From Candidatus Hermodarchaeota archaeon (GTDB taxonomy: Archaea; Asgardarchaeota; Heimdallarchaeia; Hodarchaeales; Hodarchaeaceae), in assembly GCA_048886185.1 (NCBI GenBank), contig JBHLKY010000007.1:99092-163091 (forward strand): a stretch of 64,000 nucleotides of DNA. The letters are read 5' to 3'. The notes under the pieces were generated by a model that saw only the letters and a program-made list of their open reading frames with translations, had not been told where the DNA came from and searched no databases. The position numbers and the translations under genes are program-made. Shown one piece after another: positions 20,693-31,162 of the stretch. Position 1 is the stretch's first letter; each line of letters starts with the position of its first letter.

Positions 20693-21328
20693 ATGAATTT
20701 TGATCCACGGACAGTTATTAGTATTCGTATCATTGGTATTTTGGGAATCTTATCTCCTATTATAGCTTATAGTGGTATTATAATTGCCATTTTATTAAAT
20801 CTGGATTGGTTTAGTTGGACGGATAGCGCATTGTCTGATTTAGGACATTATGGTAACTTAGGACTCCGAGCATTTATTTTTAACGGTGGATTATTTATTA
20901 GTGGTATTTTCGCTTTAATTTTTTGCCTAGCTTTTTACCATCAAGAAAAAGAAAAGTTTAAGGATGATAAAATCGGGAGATTGCTTATAATTATTGGAAT
21001 GATTGCGTTTTTCTTTGCTGTTCTAGCATTAATTGGCATTAGTATTTTTTCAGAAGATTTTGGGGCTATTCATAGGTTTGTATCAGAAGTCTTTTTCACC
21101 TGTATTCCCTTCGCTATGTGGTTTTTTGGAGGTGCATTTTATCGCCAAAAGAAATTGAAAGTTATGGGTTTGTTAGCACTTCTTATTGGCACCATAGCAG
21201 GTATAACATGGATTTCTTATTTCATTCTCCATTTATTTTCTGGAGTGGCTATCCCTGAGGCTATTTCGTCAATTGCTGTGAGTTTTTGGATTGTTTTACG
21301 TGGTGTACAGTATTACTGGTATGGATAG
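20693..21328 (+). CDS. hypothetical integral membrane protein (about 6 TM)
   Basis: 211 aa. Hydrophobic profile. An SD site GAGGT lies upstream. Confidence 0.45.
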   Translation: MNFDPRTVISIRIIGILGILSPIIAYSGIIIAILLNLDWFSWTDSALSDLGHYGNLGLRAFIFNGGLFISGIFALIFCLAFYHQEKEKFKDDKIGRLLIIIGMIAFFFAVLALIGISIFSEDFGAIHRFVSEVFFTCIPFAMWFFGGAFYRQKKLKVMGLLALLIGTIAGITWISYFILHLFSGVAIPEAISSIAVSFWIVLRGVQYYWYG

Positions 21329-21524
21329 TCAAAAATCACCATAATATTGCTCATTATGGATCCTTTCAAGGTTTAAAAACTGACAAATAAAAGGAGAAAA
21401 ATTCATTGTGTTTATCATGGTTTCTTTTTCCTTCCTCTTGTTATTAGCATAAGCTTTTAGATTATCACACGACAGAAGCATAAATCATCTTGAATTCACG
21501 AACTGATAATAAGGAGAATCCATT

Positions 21525-22928
21525 TTAATCCTTCTCTATGATTAGTTCATCAGGGAATTTCGTAAAGACAAATAGAGCCACTAACATTGGGATAAAAGCA
21601 AAAGCTCCCATGAGTAAAATTGGGCCTACTGGGTCATAGATGTAATACGGAATATCTAAGCCAGTTCCAATATAATCAGGATGCGGAATGATGTCAATAA
21701 CAAATAGACCTAGTATGAGTCCTTCTAAAAAGATAGCAACGGCAATAGCTAATTTTTCTGTGAATTCTTGAAACGCATAATACATTGATTCCCTTCTAAG
21801 ACCTAATCTTTTCTCCTCCTCATCCACAATATCCCCAACAATGGTTGGTGGAAATATCCATAAACCACCCATTCCGAAACCAATAGTACAGATCATAATG
21901 AATGCAATAAATAGATTCTTGGGGAAGATAAGGAGTAGGAAGCTCAATAGTAAGGGGATTGTGAAAACAATCATAGAAATAATGAATGCTCTTTTCTTGC
22001 CCAAATATCGAGGACTTGAGAGTTTTCCCCAGATAGGAAAACTAATAATCGCTACGACAATCCAGGGTGCTGTTAATACCATTATTTGATCAAGTTCTAG
22101 AGCAAGAACACTTACTGCGAAGAATGGCATTACTGCATTTAGAATTCGGAATGAGAACTGCATCCCAATCTGATTAGTCAAGAAGATTTGATAAGCCTTG
22201 TTCTGAACACTTATCTTCAATGATTCCAATAATGAGACATGGGGTTGTTTCCTAATTTCATCACCAGGTAATTCTTTGATAGGAAGAACGGCAATGATTG
22301 TTAAAAAGACAATAATTCCTAAAATAGTGCTTGTATTTGAGAATCCAATGTTATCATACATGATTGGAGCAATTACAACACCAACAATATTCGCTAAAAT
22401 CGCGAAAATGTTACCCCAAACTGCTAATGTTACGCGTTCACCTGAGGTAGGAGCAATTTCAGGTAAAAGTGCATAAATGGGAACGAATACAAACGTAAAT
22501 AGAGCATCAAAAATAGATATTATAATAAAAAGATATAGTATAAGAAGTAATTCTCCCAACCCATCTGAAAAAAGAGATAGTAGAAATATTGGAGGATTGA
22601 AAAGAAGTATAAAACTTAAAGTCATAGGTAGAATTCCAACAAGAACGAATGGTCGACGCCGTCCCCATCTTTTCCATCGAGTATTATCAGATAACCAACC
22701 CACTAAAGGATTCACGAAAGCATCAACTAATCGTCCAACCATTAGAGCAGCCCCTACCAAAGCTCCGATTACCATTGGATGGAGGGAAACGCCAGTCATT
22801 CCTTCAGTTAAATAGAAAAATAGGACAAATCCTAATATTGATGCATTTATTATAGAAATTCCAAAATTAGCTGTGGAATAAAGAAAAATTTCCTGTCTTG
22901 TGAGTTTTCTTTGGTGAAATGTATTCAT
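21525..22928 (-). CDS. MFS transporter, glycoside-pentoside-hexuronide (GPH):cation symporter family
   Basis: 467 aa. The sequence D..RWKRWGRRRPFVLVG matches the GPH family R-x-GRRRP signature after TM2, and there are 12 TM helices. Confidence 0.75.
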   Translation of the reverse strand: MNTFHQRKLTRQEIFLYSTANFGISIINASILGFVLFFYLTEGMTGVSLHPMVIGALVGAALMVGRLVDAFVNPLVGWLSDNTRWKRWGRRRPFVLVGILPMTLSFILLFNPPIFLLSLFSDGLGELLLILYLFIIISIFDALFTFVFVPIYALLPEIAPTSGERVTLAVWGNIFAILANIVGVVIAPIMYDNIGFSNTSTILGIIVFLTIIAVLPIKELPGDEIRKQPHVSLLESLKISVQNKAYQIFLTNQIGMQFSFRILNAVMPFFAVSVLALELDQIMVLTAPWIVVAIISFPIWGKLSSPRYLGKKRAFIISMIVFTIPLLLSFLLLIFPKNLFIAFIMICTIGFGMGGLWIFPPTIVGDIVDEEEKRLGLRRESMYYAFQEFTEKLAIAVAIFLEGLILGLFVIDIIPHPDYIGTGLDIPYYIYDPVGPILLMGAFAFIPMLVALFVFTKFPDELIIEKD

Positions 22929-22992
22929 CAGTGGAACCTCTTGGCGTAAAAACAGGATTATTGGGTTTCAAACTAAAGAGAAATTTAACTAC

Positions 22993-23673
22993 TTAATCCC
23001 TGCTACCACCAAAGAGGTAGATAAAAATCAATAATAATTCTTTTAATAGATAAATTATGTCATAAAAGAGCCACAGTGCCATGAGAGCTGGTGATGAGAA
23101 TGCTCTATTCTCAAGACGAGCAAAATCAAGGAACATATATATACTGAAAATGGCTGCTCCGAATAGACTGATTATCAGATAAAATACTGGATCCGCACTG
23201 TAAAAGAAGAGCCCAAACAATAAGAGGATGAAAAAGCAGATAACTAAAACAATGACTAATTTTGTTATTTGATTGATCCTTTTATATGTATGGCCTGAGA
23301 ACAAGTACGCTGCCAAGACGACAATTGTGGTTGTACCCACTGCCCCGACAACTAAAGCAACATCTAAAGCAAGAGCTATATAGACAAGTAATGAAAGGGT
23401 TATGGAACTACATACAGCAAAAGAGTACAAGAGGATAGTAGCTGTTGATTCACTAAATTGTGTCCTAAATAAACCTGAAAACAACAGAATCATGATGATT
23501 ATAAATTCACCTGCGCTTCCTACCCAATAAAGAGCTAATGGAACATCTAGCCATAACATTATCCCAACAGTGATAGTTGCTAACATTAAAGCAATACCTA
23601 GATGTCTATAGGCTTCTATTTTTATATCATATCCTGTATATTGCCTCGTTTCCATTCTATAATAATATGACAC
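22993..23673 (-). CDS. Bax inhibitor-1/YccA family membrane protein
   Basis: 226 aa with 7 TM helices. The C-terminal MALWLFYDIIYLLKELLLIF segment is typical of BI-1. Confidence 0.65.
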   Translation of the reverse strand: MSYYYRMETRQYTGYDIKIEAYRHLGIALMLATITVGIMLWLDVPLALYWVGSAGEFIIIMILLFSGLFRTQFSESTATILLYSFAVCSSITLSLLVYIALALDVALVVGAVGTTTIVVLAAYLFSGHTYKRINQITKLVIVLVICFFILLLFGLFFYSADPVFYLIISLFGAAIFSIYMFLDFARLENRAFSSPALMALWLFYDIIYLLKELLLIFIYLFGGSRD

Positions 23674-23689
23674 CTTATTTCACCTTATT

Positions 23690-25600
23690 TCATTTGGGTT
23701 TATCTCCACTGAAATCTTTCATAAGGTCAATCGCTGAGCTTACTTCATCAATGCTAGCCCCATCTTCAATTGTACTTAAATCTCCGAGGTGTTTTCCTTC
23801 ATAGACACCTTTCATGACTCTTCGCATTATCTTTCCACTTCGAGTTTTAGGAAGCATTTTGACAACTTCAACAGCTTTTGGTGCAGCAATTGGACCAATA
23901 TCCCTACGAACAATTTGAATTATTTCCTTTTTAAGTTCATCTGAAGACTCAAATCCTTGTTTAAGTACTACAAAAGCAATAACAACAGTTCCCTTAACTG
24001 GGTCCTCGACCCCAATGCATGAAGTTTCAGCAACAGCATCATGAGAGGACACAGCTTCCTCAATTTCTCGTGTGCCTAATCTGTGACCTGCAATCTTTAT
24101 AACTTCATCTGCACGTCCTAAAACCTTAAAATATCCCTCCTCATCTCGAATAGCATAATCACCAGTGTAGTAGTATTGTTTTCCTGGGAATATTTCCCAA
24201 TAAGTCTTCTTGTAACGATCATCATCACCATAAATAGTCATCAGAGTTCCTGGGGGTAATGGTGGACGAGAAACAAGGGTACCTTTCTCTCCATTAGGGA
24301 TTTCATTACCCTTTTCATCTACTACTAAAAGATCATACCCCATTGCCGCTACACCAGCAAATCCTGGTTTTACAGGAATGTCTTCAATACATCGTCCTGT
24401 TAAAATACTCCACCCAGATTCAGTCTGCCAATAGTGGTCTACTATCCGAGTATTGAGTGTCTCCTTTGCCCAGTAATACGTTGGTTCATCTAATGGTTCC
24501 CCTGCTAGAAAAAAGATACGTAAGGATGACAGATCTCGGTCTTTTATCCATTTGATAGGGAATTTTCTAAGGATTCGTAAGGCAGTTGGTGCAGAGAAAA
24601 CAACTGTGACTCCATACTTCTCCATTACCTTCCACCATGCATCGGGTTCAGGATACACAGGTGTTCCTTCAAAAAGTACTGTTGGAATCCCAAGAAGTAA
24701 TGGTGCATAAATGATATATGAGTGTCCGACTACCCATCCTATGTCGCTAGTCGAGAAATAGACATCTCGATCAGGTTGACAATCATAGATTTGGGTCATT
24801 GATGCATGTAAAGCTACCATATAACCTCCAGTGTCACGAAGAACTCCCTTAGGTTTTCCAGAGGTACCAGATGTATAAAGAATATAAGACGGATCTGTAG
24901 AGTCCATAATTTCAGGTTCTACAAAATTTGATCCTTTATTATGAAGTAGTTCAAGCCAATCAAGATCACGATCTTTGGTTTTTGGAAAGTTAGGATTCAA
25001 TCCTCGATTCAAGACAATTACATGTTCTACTTCGGTGGATGCCAACTCAAGTGCTTCATCAACAATTTCTTTTAGTTTAACTATTTTTCCGTTACGAGAT
25101 CCAGCTTCACATGTGAGAATCAATTTTGGTTTGGCATCATCAATCCTCCCTGCAAGTGATTCCCGACTAAACCCCGCAAAGACTACAGAGTGAATGGCAC
25201 CAATTCGAACACATGCTAACATTGAGATATGTGCTTCAGGTATCATTGGTAGATAAATTATAATTCGGTCCCCCTTTTCAATGCCAAGATTCTTTAGTAC
25301 ACCTGCAAATCGGTTAACTTCTCGATATAAATGATAAAAAGTGTAGATTCGTGATTGACCTGTTTCTGGGCTTTCCCATATTACTGCAGCGGTTCCTCGT
25401 TTCGATCCAAGAGCGTGGCGGTCAACTGCGTTATAACAGAGGTTAGTTTTACCTCCTACGAACCATTTGAAAAAAGGGTAATTGGAATCATCCAGGACTT
25501 TATCCCACTTCTTGTACCAATGTAGTTTCTCTGCTTCTCTACCCCAAAATACTTGAGGATTTTTAATCGATAAGTTAAGAGCTTCTTTATACGATTTCAT
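23690..25600 (-). CDS. acs: acetyl-CoA synthetase (AMP-forming acetate--CoA ligase)
   Basis: 636 aa. It has the Acs N-terminal domain (FWGREAEKLHWYKKWDKVLD), YTSGTSGKPKGV, and WQTESG. Confidence 0.9.
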   Translation of the reverse strand: MKSYKEALNLSIKNPQVFWGREAEKLHWYKKWDKVLDDSNYPFFKWFVGGKTNLCYNAVDRHALGSKRGTAAVIWESPETGQSRIYTFYHLYREVNRFAGVLKNLGIEKGDRIIIYLPMIPEAHISMLACVRIGAIHSVVFAGFSRESLAGRIDDAKPKLILTCEAGSRNGKIVKLKEIVDEALELASTEVEHVIVLNRGLNPNFPKTKDRDLDWLELLHNKGSNFVEPEIMDSTDPSYILYTSGTSGKPKGVLRDTGGYMVALHASMTQIYDCQPDRDVYFSTSDIGWVVGHSYIIYAPLLLGIPTVLFEGTPVYPEPDAWWKVMEKYGVTVVFSAPTALRILRKFPIKWIKDRDLSSLRIFFLAGEPLDEPTYYWAKETLNTRIVDHYWQTESGWSILTGRCIEDIPVKPGFAGVAAMGYDLLVVDEKGNEIPNGEKGTLVSRPPLPPGTLMTIYGDDDRYKKTYWEIFPGKQYYYTGDYAIRDEEGYFKVLGRADEVIKIAGHRLGTREIEEAVSSHDAVAETSCIGVEDPVKGTVVIAFVVLKQGFESSDELKKEIIQIVRRDIGPIAAPKAVEVVKMLPKTRSGKIMRRVMKGVYEGKHLGDLSTIEDGASIDEVSSAIDLMKDFSGDKPK

Positions 25601-25673
25601 TGATCCAGACCGACCTATTGTAATAATATAAATTCAAGAGGTTATCACTGGTGCTAATTGTTCACAATTTAAA

Positions 25674-25713
25674 AAGAATTTTCTTTCGTCAAAAGAAAGA
25701 TAACGAAATTCTT
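25674..25713. promoter_or_regulatory. nested imperfect palindrome in the divergent acs/phosphoesterase intergenic region
   Basis: Outer arms aagaattt / aaattctt. Inner hairpin tctttc-gtcaaaa-gaaaga. Confidence 0.3.
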
Positions 25714-25810
25714 TTCTGTTATAAAGGAGATTGATGCTAATAACTAGATAGGATGAAAATCTTCGGATGAGGTTATTTTCTCAGTAATAGAAAAGTGTGA
25801 GGCCAAGCAA

Positions 25811-26806
25811 TTGACTATAAAACTAATAGCTATTTCTGATCTTCATCAAGGTAATCCTATCTCTTTTCACAGTAACATCAAAGTGATTCCTCAAGAAAAA
25901 TTAATCTTTAACTTAATAAAGAGAAAACCAGATGGAATTCTGGTTGCAGGTGATCTTCAAGATTACATGTGGAATCTAGGAGTAGACGCTGGAAGTGTTA
26001 GTGAAATTAAAGTACAACTGAGAAATGATCCAGTATTTAAAACACTTAATAAAAGTCCTGTTCCTGTTTTTTTTATATGGGGTAATACGGATATTATGGA
26101 TTTTGAAAAAGAATGGTCTGAAACAAATGTTACAAACGAGTTACGTGCATGGTTTTGCGACGAATTCCAAAATTTAAAAAACTGCCACAATCAAGTTCAA
26201 TATATCAAAGGAGTCCCCTTATTGGGATATTCTGATGCTAACAAAACTACAGATAATCATAGTGGAAAATGTTGGGATGAACCAACGATCCTTAAAGACT
26301 TTCAAAATAAGCTTCAAGATTTCAAGCTAGAAAAGAAACCCCCAATTTTTATGACACATTGTGCTCCTAGGGGAGTTCTTGACTTTTCTAGCTTAGGTGG
26401 TCGTCACATTGGTTCATATTATTTAAGGGAGCTTATTGAAACATACCAACCTATTCTTTCAATATTCGGGCATGTGCATTATTGTGGGGGGTATTCTGAG
26501 TTTATTGGTAAAACCCAATGTATCAATGTATCTTCCTTTGGTATTGTGGTATCTCATGAAATACTCTTTGGACAGAGTGCATTCGAACTCCACATTGATT
26601 CCAATCCCTACCGAGTTAGTTCCACAAAGATGATTGTTTCACATTATTGGGAAGGAAAACAGAAAAAGGCATTTGTTGAGTATCGTCACTGTCAAGTTTG
26701 TGGACGTCACACACCATTTGCCAGAAAGCAGTTTAAAACCTGTCGTGTTTGTTTAGCAGCACGAAGAATTGAGGATAGGCAAAAACAACAAACTGAAATT
26801 ACTTGA
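25811..26806 (+). CDS. calcineurin-like metallophosphoesterase with C-terminal Cys4 zinc ribbon
   Basis: 331 aa. Motifs ISDLHQG, VAGDLQD, GNTD and GHVHY. The C-terminus is CQVCGRH...CRVC. TTG start. Confidence 0.7.
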   Translation: MTIKLIAISDLHQGNPISFHSNIKVIPQEKLIFNLIKRKPDGILVAGDLQDYMWNLGVDAGSVSEIKVQLRNDPVFKTLNKSPVPVFFIWGNTDIMDFEKEWSETNVTNELRAWFCDEFQNLKNCHNQVQYIKGVPLLGYSDANKTTDNHSGKCWDEPTILKDFQNKLQDFKLEKKPPIFMTHCAPRGVLDFSSLGGRHIGSYYLRELIETYQPILSIFGHVHYCGGYSEFIGKTQCINVSSFGIVVSHEILFGQSAFELHIDSNPYRVSSTKMIVSHYWEGKQKKAFVEYRHCQVCGRHTPFARKQFKTCRVCLAARRIEDRQKQQTEIT

Positions 26807-26832
26807 TTCTTTGGAAATCTTCTTCCTCTTGC

Positions 26833-27918
26833 TTATGTGAATGAATATTCATCTAGCCCTAATTCTTTTTGTATTATAAGCAGATCTTGAAGGACAGAGG
26901 AACCTATAGGAATTCCTTTCTTTGTACGTTCGATTTCCATTTCATATTCCTTCTCGCCAGCAGTATAAATTCTTGATTCTCCAGGAGCTTTTTTCGATCT
27001 TCTTAGTTCCCGTAAAATATTACCTGCAATCTTTTTAAATACTTCAAGAGGGATGAAACTTTCAATATTGATAGCTAGAAAGAAATGGCCGAGTTTATAG
27101 CCCTTTTCTAATGTTAAATCTTTCATAAAAGGGCCTCCTGTTAATGCTCCAGCGAGTATTTCAACTGCAGTTCCATATCCATATCCCTTATGCCCCCCTA
27201 AAGTTTCTCCTGCACCTCCTAATGGTAATAAGGCAGCAGTTCCTTTTATTAATTTATTTAGAATTGCCACGGTATCTGTAGATTGTTCTCCGCTAGAATC
27301 AATGACCCATCCACTTGGTGAGGGGGTTTTTGTCCTTGCAAGTACTTCAATTTTTCCTCTCTGAGTAATTGAGGTAGCACAATCAATCAAAAAAGGAAAT
27401 TCCTCATCAGTGGGGCATCCAATCGTCAATGGATTGGTTCCAAGCATTGGTTCAACACCGAATGTCGGTGCTATAGACGGACGAGCATTTGTTAATGTTA
27501 TTCCAATCATTCCTTCCTGGATTGCCATTAGTGAATAATATCCTGCAATGCCATAATGGGTTGAATTACGAACTGCAACAGCACCTGTACCATATTTTCT
27601 TGCTTTTTTAATGGCTAGGTTCATTGCATTATATCCTGCAACATGACCCATTCCATGGCCTGCGTCAATCAATGCTGTGGTTTCTGATTCTTTTACTATT
27701 TCAAATGTAGTAACTGGTTTTTGGAAATTGGCAAGGATTCGGTCATAGTACATTTTTAATCGTTGTACACCATGGGATTCTATTCCACGAAGATCGGAAC
27801 TGATTAAAACATCAGCACAAATTTTAGCATCTTCTTTTGGCACTTTAAGGCCAATAAAAACATCTTGCATGAAATTATGTAAAGTTTTAGCGTCTATGCG
27901 AATAATATCTTCAGTCAT
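26833..27918 (-). CDS. Ldh_2 family NAD(P)H-dependent oxidoreductase (malate/L-sulfolactate dehydrogenase-like)
   Basis: 361 aa. DLRGIESHGVQRLKMY and HGMGHVAGYNAM match the Ldh_2 (PF02615-type) family. Confidence 0.75.
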   Translation of the reverse strand: MTEDIIRIDAKTLHNFMQDVFIGLKVPKEDAKICADVLISSDLRGIESHGVQRLKMYYDRILANFQKPVTTFEIVKESETTALIDAGHGMGHVAGYNAMNLAIKKARKYGTGAVAVRNSTHYGIAGYYSLMAIQEGMIGITLTNARPSIAPTFGVEPMLGTNPLTIGCPTDEEFPFLIDCATSITQRGKIEVLARTKTPSPSGWVIDSSGEQSTDTVAILNKLIKGTAALLPLGGAGETLGGHKGYGYGTAVEILAGALTGGPFMKDLTLEKGYKLGHFFLAINIESFIPLEVFKKIAGNILRELRRSKKAPGESRIYTAGEKEYEMEIERTKKGIPIGSSVLQDLLIIQKELGLDEYSFT

Positions 27919-28022
27919 GAATGTTCACACTCTTTGAGCTGAGACACCAAAGGAGATTCTGTTTAATGATTGCGATAAACAGCCCTATAGAATTATTCGA
28001 TATTAATTTAAGGTTAGAGAAC

Positions 28023-29465
28023 CTATTTTAAGTTATTAGCTGCAATTTTATCTAATTCATTTTTTAGGTTTTCATCAACAGCTTGTCTAGGTGGACGTTT
28101 GCTTAATTTAATAGCAATTTCTTTTGCTCTGTTACGAGCTGATGTTTCACCACCTTTCCTCCATTGATCACGGGTCTCTCTATTTATGATCTGTAAATTT
28201 TCAACTGTAAAAGGGAAATAAAGCTCTTTTCTGAATAAACTTAGCGTAGTTGGGTGAGATAGTAATGAAATATTAGCATCATAATCACTAAGAATATCTT
28301 GAGCAAATGGTACGCCATGATCTGTGATCCCTTGAAGAAGATGTTTAACCATTCCTGCGATTTCATTATCAATGATTAATTTCTCGAAGCTTTGAGTTGA
28401 TTCGAAATCCAGCATACCAGGCCCAGAAATCATATTGATTCCAGCGAGACCAGCTAGCAATGCCCCCATGCCTCCCTCAAATCCTGCTTGAGCATCAGGA
28501 ACTTTTGAGTCAGATAATGTCATATATGCATGTGTTGGTAGATTTAAGAACTTTCCCATTTGAGCATCTGCAATATTAATCATCATTGTCTCAATTGCCC
28601 CCATGGGGGTCGTTCCATTCCTCATATCAAATACTGCTGGAGATCCTCCCCATATAACAGGAGAATTTCTCTTGGCTAGTTGTGAAATTACAAGTCCTGC
28701 CAAAGATTCAGCGGTATGTTGAGTGACACAGCCAATTAAAGTTATAGGAGCTGTTGAACCTGCAAGAGGCATACTAATGAATTCTGATGGGATTCCGCTT
28801 CGTGCTGCGTCAATTACAGATTGAGTAGTTAGATTTGACCACATCAAGGGGGGACTTGGGCATGCATCAAAAATCGCCAAAGGTTTTTCAGCTAGTTTTT
28901 CCTTTGAAGTTCTTGTTGCCTCCAATAACTCTTGCATTATAGAAAAGCTTTCTATTCTAAAAGTGCCTGTAACAATCGGTTTGGAACAATTAATTAATGC
29001 GATGTACAAACGATGCCAATCTTGAGCATTATTAGGGACATCAGAACAAACAAGTGAGGTTGATTGAGCTGCAAAATTGGGTAGATGGTCCACAATTTTT
29101 GAAAACATTATGAAATCTGAAGATAATGCTTCTCGTATTGTCTTTGTTTCTAGATCTTGTACGAAAATTGCAGCAGATCCAGGATCAAAGTGAATATTAT
29201 CTTTTGAGAGCTGGATTACTTCTCTTCCTTCTCTATCATATAATTTGATTTCAGAGGGAGCGTTGGTGCGTAGCTTTTCAACTAGATCCTCTGGTATAAA
29301 GTACCTTAAATTTTTATAATGGATCCCTTCCTCCTGTAATAAGCTTTGAGCATCAGGATTTTCAATTATTACTCCTTGGTTGTGAAGAATAGCTTTAGCT
29401 TCATTGAATATCTTTTTCATGTATTCATTGGTCAATAATTCAGTTTTGGGTCTTAAAATTGTCAA
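28023..29465 (-). CDS. MttB-superfamily (trimethylamine methyltransferase-like) substrate:corrinoid methyltransferase, non-pyrrolysine type
   Basis: 480 aa. The N-terminus (YMKKIFNEAKAILHNQGVIIENPDAQSLL) and the overall length fit the MttB TIM-barrel. No in-frame TAG interrupts the frame. Confidence 0.75.
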   Translation of the reverse strand: MTILRPKTELLTNEYMKKIFNEAKAILHNQGVIIENPDAQSLLQEEGIHYKNLRYFIPEDLVEKLRTNAPSEIKLYDREGREVIQLSKDNIHFDPGSAAIFVQDLETKTIREALSSDFIMFSKIVDHLPNFAAQSTSLVCSDVPNNAQDWHRLYIALINCSKPIVTGTFRIESFSIMQELLEATRTSKEKLAEKPLAIFDACPSPPLMWSNLTTQSVIDAARSGIPSEFISMPLAGSTAPITLIGCVTQHTAESLAGLVISQLAKRNSPVIWGGSPAVFDMRNGTTPMGAIETMMINIADAQMGKFLNLPTHAYMTLSDSKVPDAQAGFEGGMGALLAGLAGINMISGPGMLDFESTQSFEKLIIDNEIAGMVKHLLQGITDHGVPFAQDILSDYDANISLLSHPTTLSLFRKELYFPFTVENLQIINRETRDQWRKGGETSARNRAKEIAIKLSKRPPRQAVDENLKNELDKIAANNLK

Positions 29466-29471
29466 AAACTA

Positions 29472-30359
29472 TCATCTTCCAGTAAGTTCGTCAATAATTT
29501 TGCGTAATAGGTTAATATGGTTTGGTTCAGTACCACAACATCCTCCAACAATTTGGCCATCATAATCAAGAATATGTTTGATATCTTCTGCAAATGTCTC
29601 AGGGGATTGTTTGTAGACTGATTTTCCATTTTCTAGTTTAGGACTGCCAGCGTTTGGTTTTATTGAAAGTGGGATATCTGGAGCAGCAGCTCTCATAGTT
29701 TTTATCAGCTCAAGAAAATCATTACTACTAAGAGTGCAGTTCGCTCCAACAACAGTTACTCCTGAATCAATTAATTCAGAGACACAGTCAAAAACAGTGT
29801 TTCCCATAATAGTAAAGAATCCCCTTGGGGTTCTTTGATAAGTCATACTAGCAATAATAGGTTTGTCTGATTCAGTTTGAATAGCTAATATTGCTGCTTT
29901 CATCTCTCGGATATCAGAGAATGTTTCAATGTGCCACGCATCAATATAGGGTGCGAGCGCTTGTGCTTGCAACTGAAAGCTCTGTTTTAAATCATCAATA
30001 GATATCTTACCTACTGGCGGAAGGAATTCTCCAGAAGGGCCAATATCACCTATCACGCACCTTCCTGGAGGACAGACACTTCTTAATATTTCAGCTGAGC
30101 TTTTATTAATGTCTTTGAGTAGGTTTTGAATACCATAGTTTTGTAAAGCAATATTATTTGCTCTAAAAGTAGCAGTTTGAACCAGATCGCTCCCCGCTTT
30201 GTAATATTGATCAAAAACTTCTTTAATATCATTAGGACGATCTAAATTCCATTTATCAGGAGCTTCTCCTGGTTTTAATCCTCGACGAATTAATTCGGTA
30301 CCCATAGCTCCATCAAACAGAAGAATTTTCTTTTCGCGTAATAAGGAGAGAAAATCCAC
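29472..30359 (-). CDS. homocysteine S-methyltransferase domain protein (MetH N-terminal module-like, zinc-dependent thiol methyltransferase)
   Basis: 295 aa. LLFDGAMGTELIRRGL resembles MetH LILDGAMGT. A Cys is followed by IVGGCCGTEPNHI, the Zn-binding GGCCGT motif. Confidence 0.8.
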   Translation of the reverse strand: MDFLSLLREKKILLFDGAMGTELIRRGLKPGEAPDKWNLDRPNDIKEVFDQYYKAGSDLVQTATFRANNIALQNYGIQNLLKDINKSSAEILRSVCPPGRCVIGDIGPSGEFLPPVGKISIDDLKQSFQLQAQALAPYIDAWHIETFSDIREMKAAILAIQTESDKPIIASMTYQRTPRGFFTIMGNTVFDCVSELIDSGVTVVGANCTLSSNDFLELIKTMRAAAPDIPLSIKPNAGSPKLENGKSVYKQSPETFAEDIKHILDYDGQIVGGCCGTEPNHINLLRKIIDELTGR

Positions 30360-30380
30360 GAATTATCTCACCATAATAGA

Positions 30381-31034
30381 TTATTCAAGACCTAGTAACT
30401 GTATAGCTAATGTAACTGCAGCTACTGCATTTTCAGCATAACCATCTGCACGACACTCGTCTACCCACTTTGATGTAACAGGAGCACCTCCTAGCATTAC
30501 CTTGAATTTATTACGAATGCCCTGTTCTTCGAGTAACTCAATAATTTTCTTTTGTCCTATCATTGTAGTAGTCAGTAGAGCAGATACACCAATAAGATCA
30601 GCTTGCTGCTTTTCTGCCTCTGCGATAATGGTTTCAGCTTTCACATCTGCCCCTAGGTCAATTACATCAAATCCATTAGCTTTTAACATTGTGGAGACTA
30701 TTGTTTTTCCAATGGTATGAATATCACCCTCAATTGTGGCCATAACAACCTTACCTTTCGTCTTTCTTTCCCCAGAACCTTCCATATGGGGCGTAATAAT
30801 ATCGACAGCTTCTTGCATCACTTGCGCACCTCGCATAAGTTCTGGAAGAAAGAATTCACCTGCATCCCATAAATCACCAACTTTTTTGATGCCATTACCA
30901 AAGCCTTTTTCAATTACTTCAAGCAATGGGAGGTTTTCGTCTAAAGCTTTTTGTGCAAGGCTTTTTGCTTTGTCCATATCAAGTTCCACAACACTATTAG
31001 CCATCTCTTCGTAGATTGGTTCCATTCTAAACAC
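30381..31034 (-). CDS. cobalamin-binding corrinoid protein (MtmC/MttC/MtgC-like)
   Basis: 217 aa. It has an N-terminal helical cap and a Rossmann-like domain with the GDIHTIGK (DxHxxG) His-on B12 ligand motif and ...S.L..G. Confidence 0.8.
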   Translation of the reverse strand: MFRMEPIYEEMANSVVELDMDKAKSLAQKALDENLPLLEVIEKGFGNGIKKVGDLWDAGEFFLPELMRGAQVMQEAVDIITPHMEGSGERKTKGKVVMATIEGDIHTIGKTIVSTMLKANGFDVIDLGADVKAETIIAEAEKQQADLIGVSALLTTTMIGQKKIIELLEEQGIRNKFKVMLGGAPVTSKWVDECRADGYAENAVAAVTLAIQLLGLE

Positions 31035-31162
31035 CTTTTGAGCTAGGAAACAGAAATTTCTTTGCTAACATAAATTTAACACGAAATAAATTTAAATTAT
31101 GACATTTATTATTAGTTTTCATAATTTACCTTTTTAACAGTAAGTTTTAAGTAATAACTTTG

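Noticed and set aside
21395-21445. SD-preceded 11-15 codon hydrophobic mini-ORF (MVSFSFLLLLA) between convergent genes 20693..21328 and 21525..22928
   Set aside because: It is too short to support without expression data. It could be a chance occurrence next to an AAAGGAG-like stretch.
28023-29465. Pyrrolysine (in-frame amber) in the MttB homolog
   Set aside because: The frame is uninterrupted over 480 codons. This is therefore the non-Pyl MttB-superfamily type.
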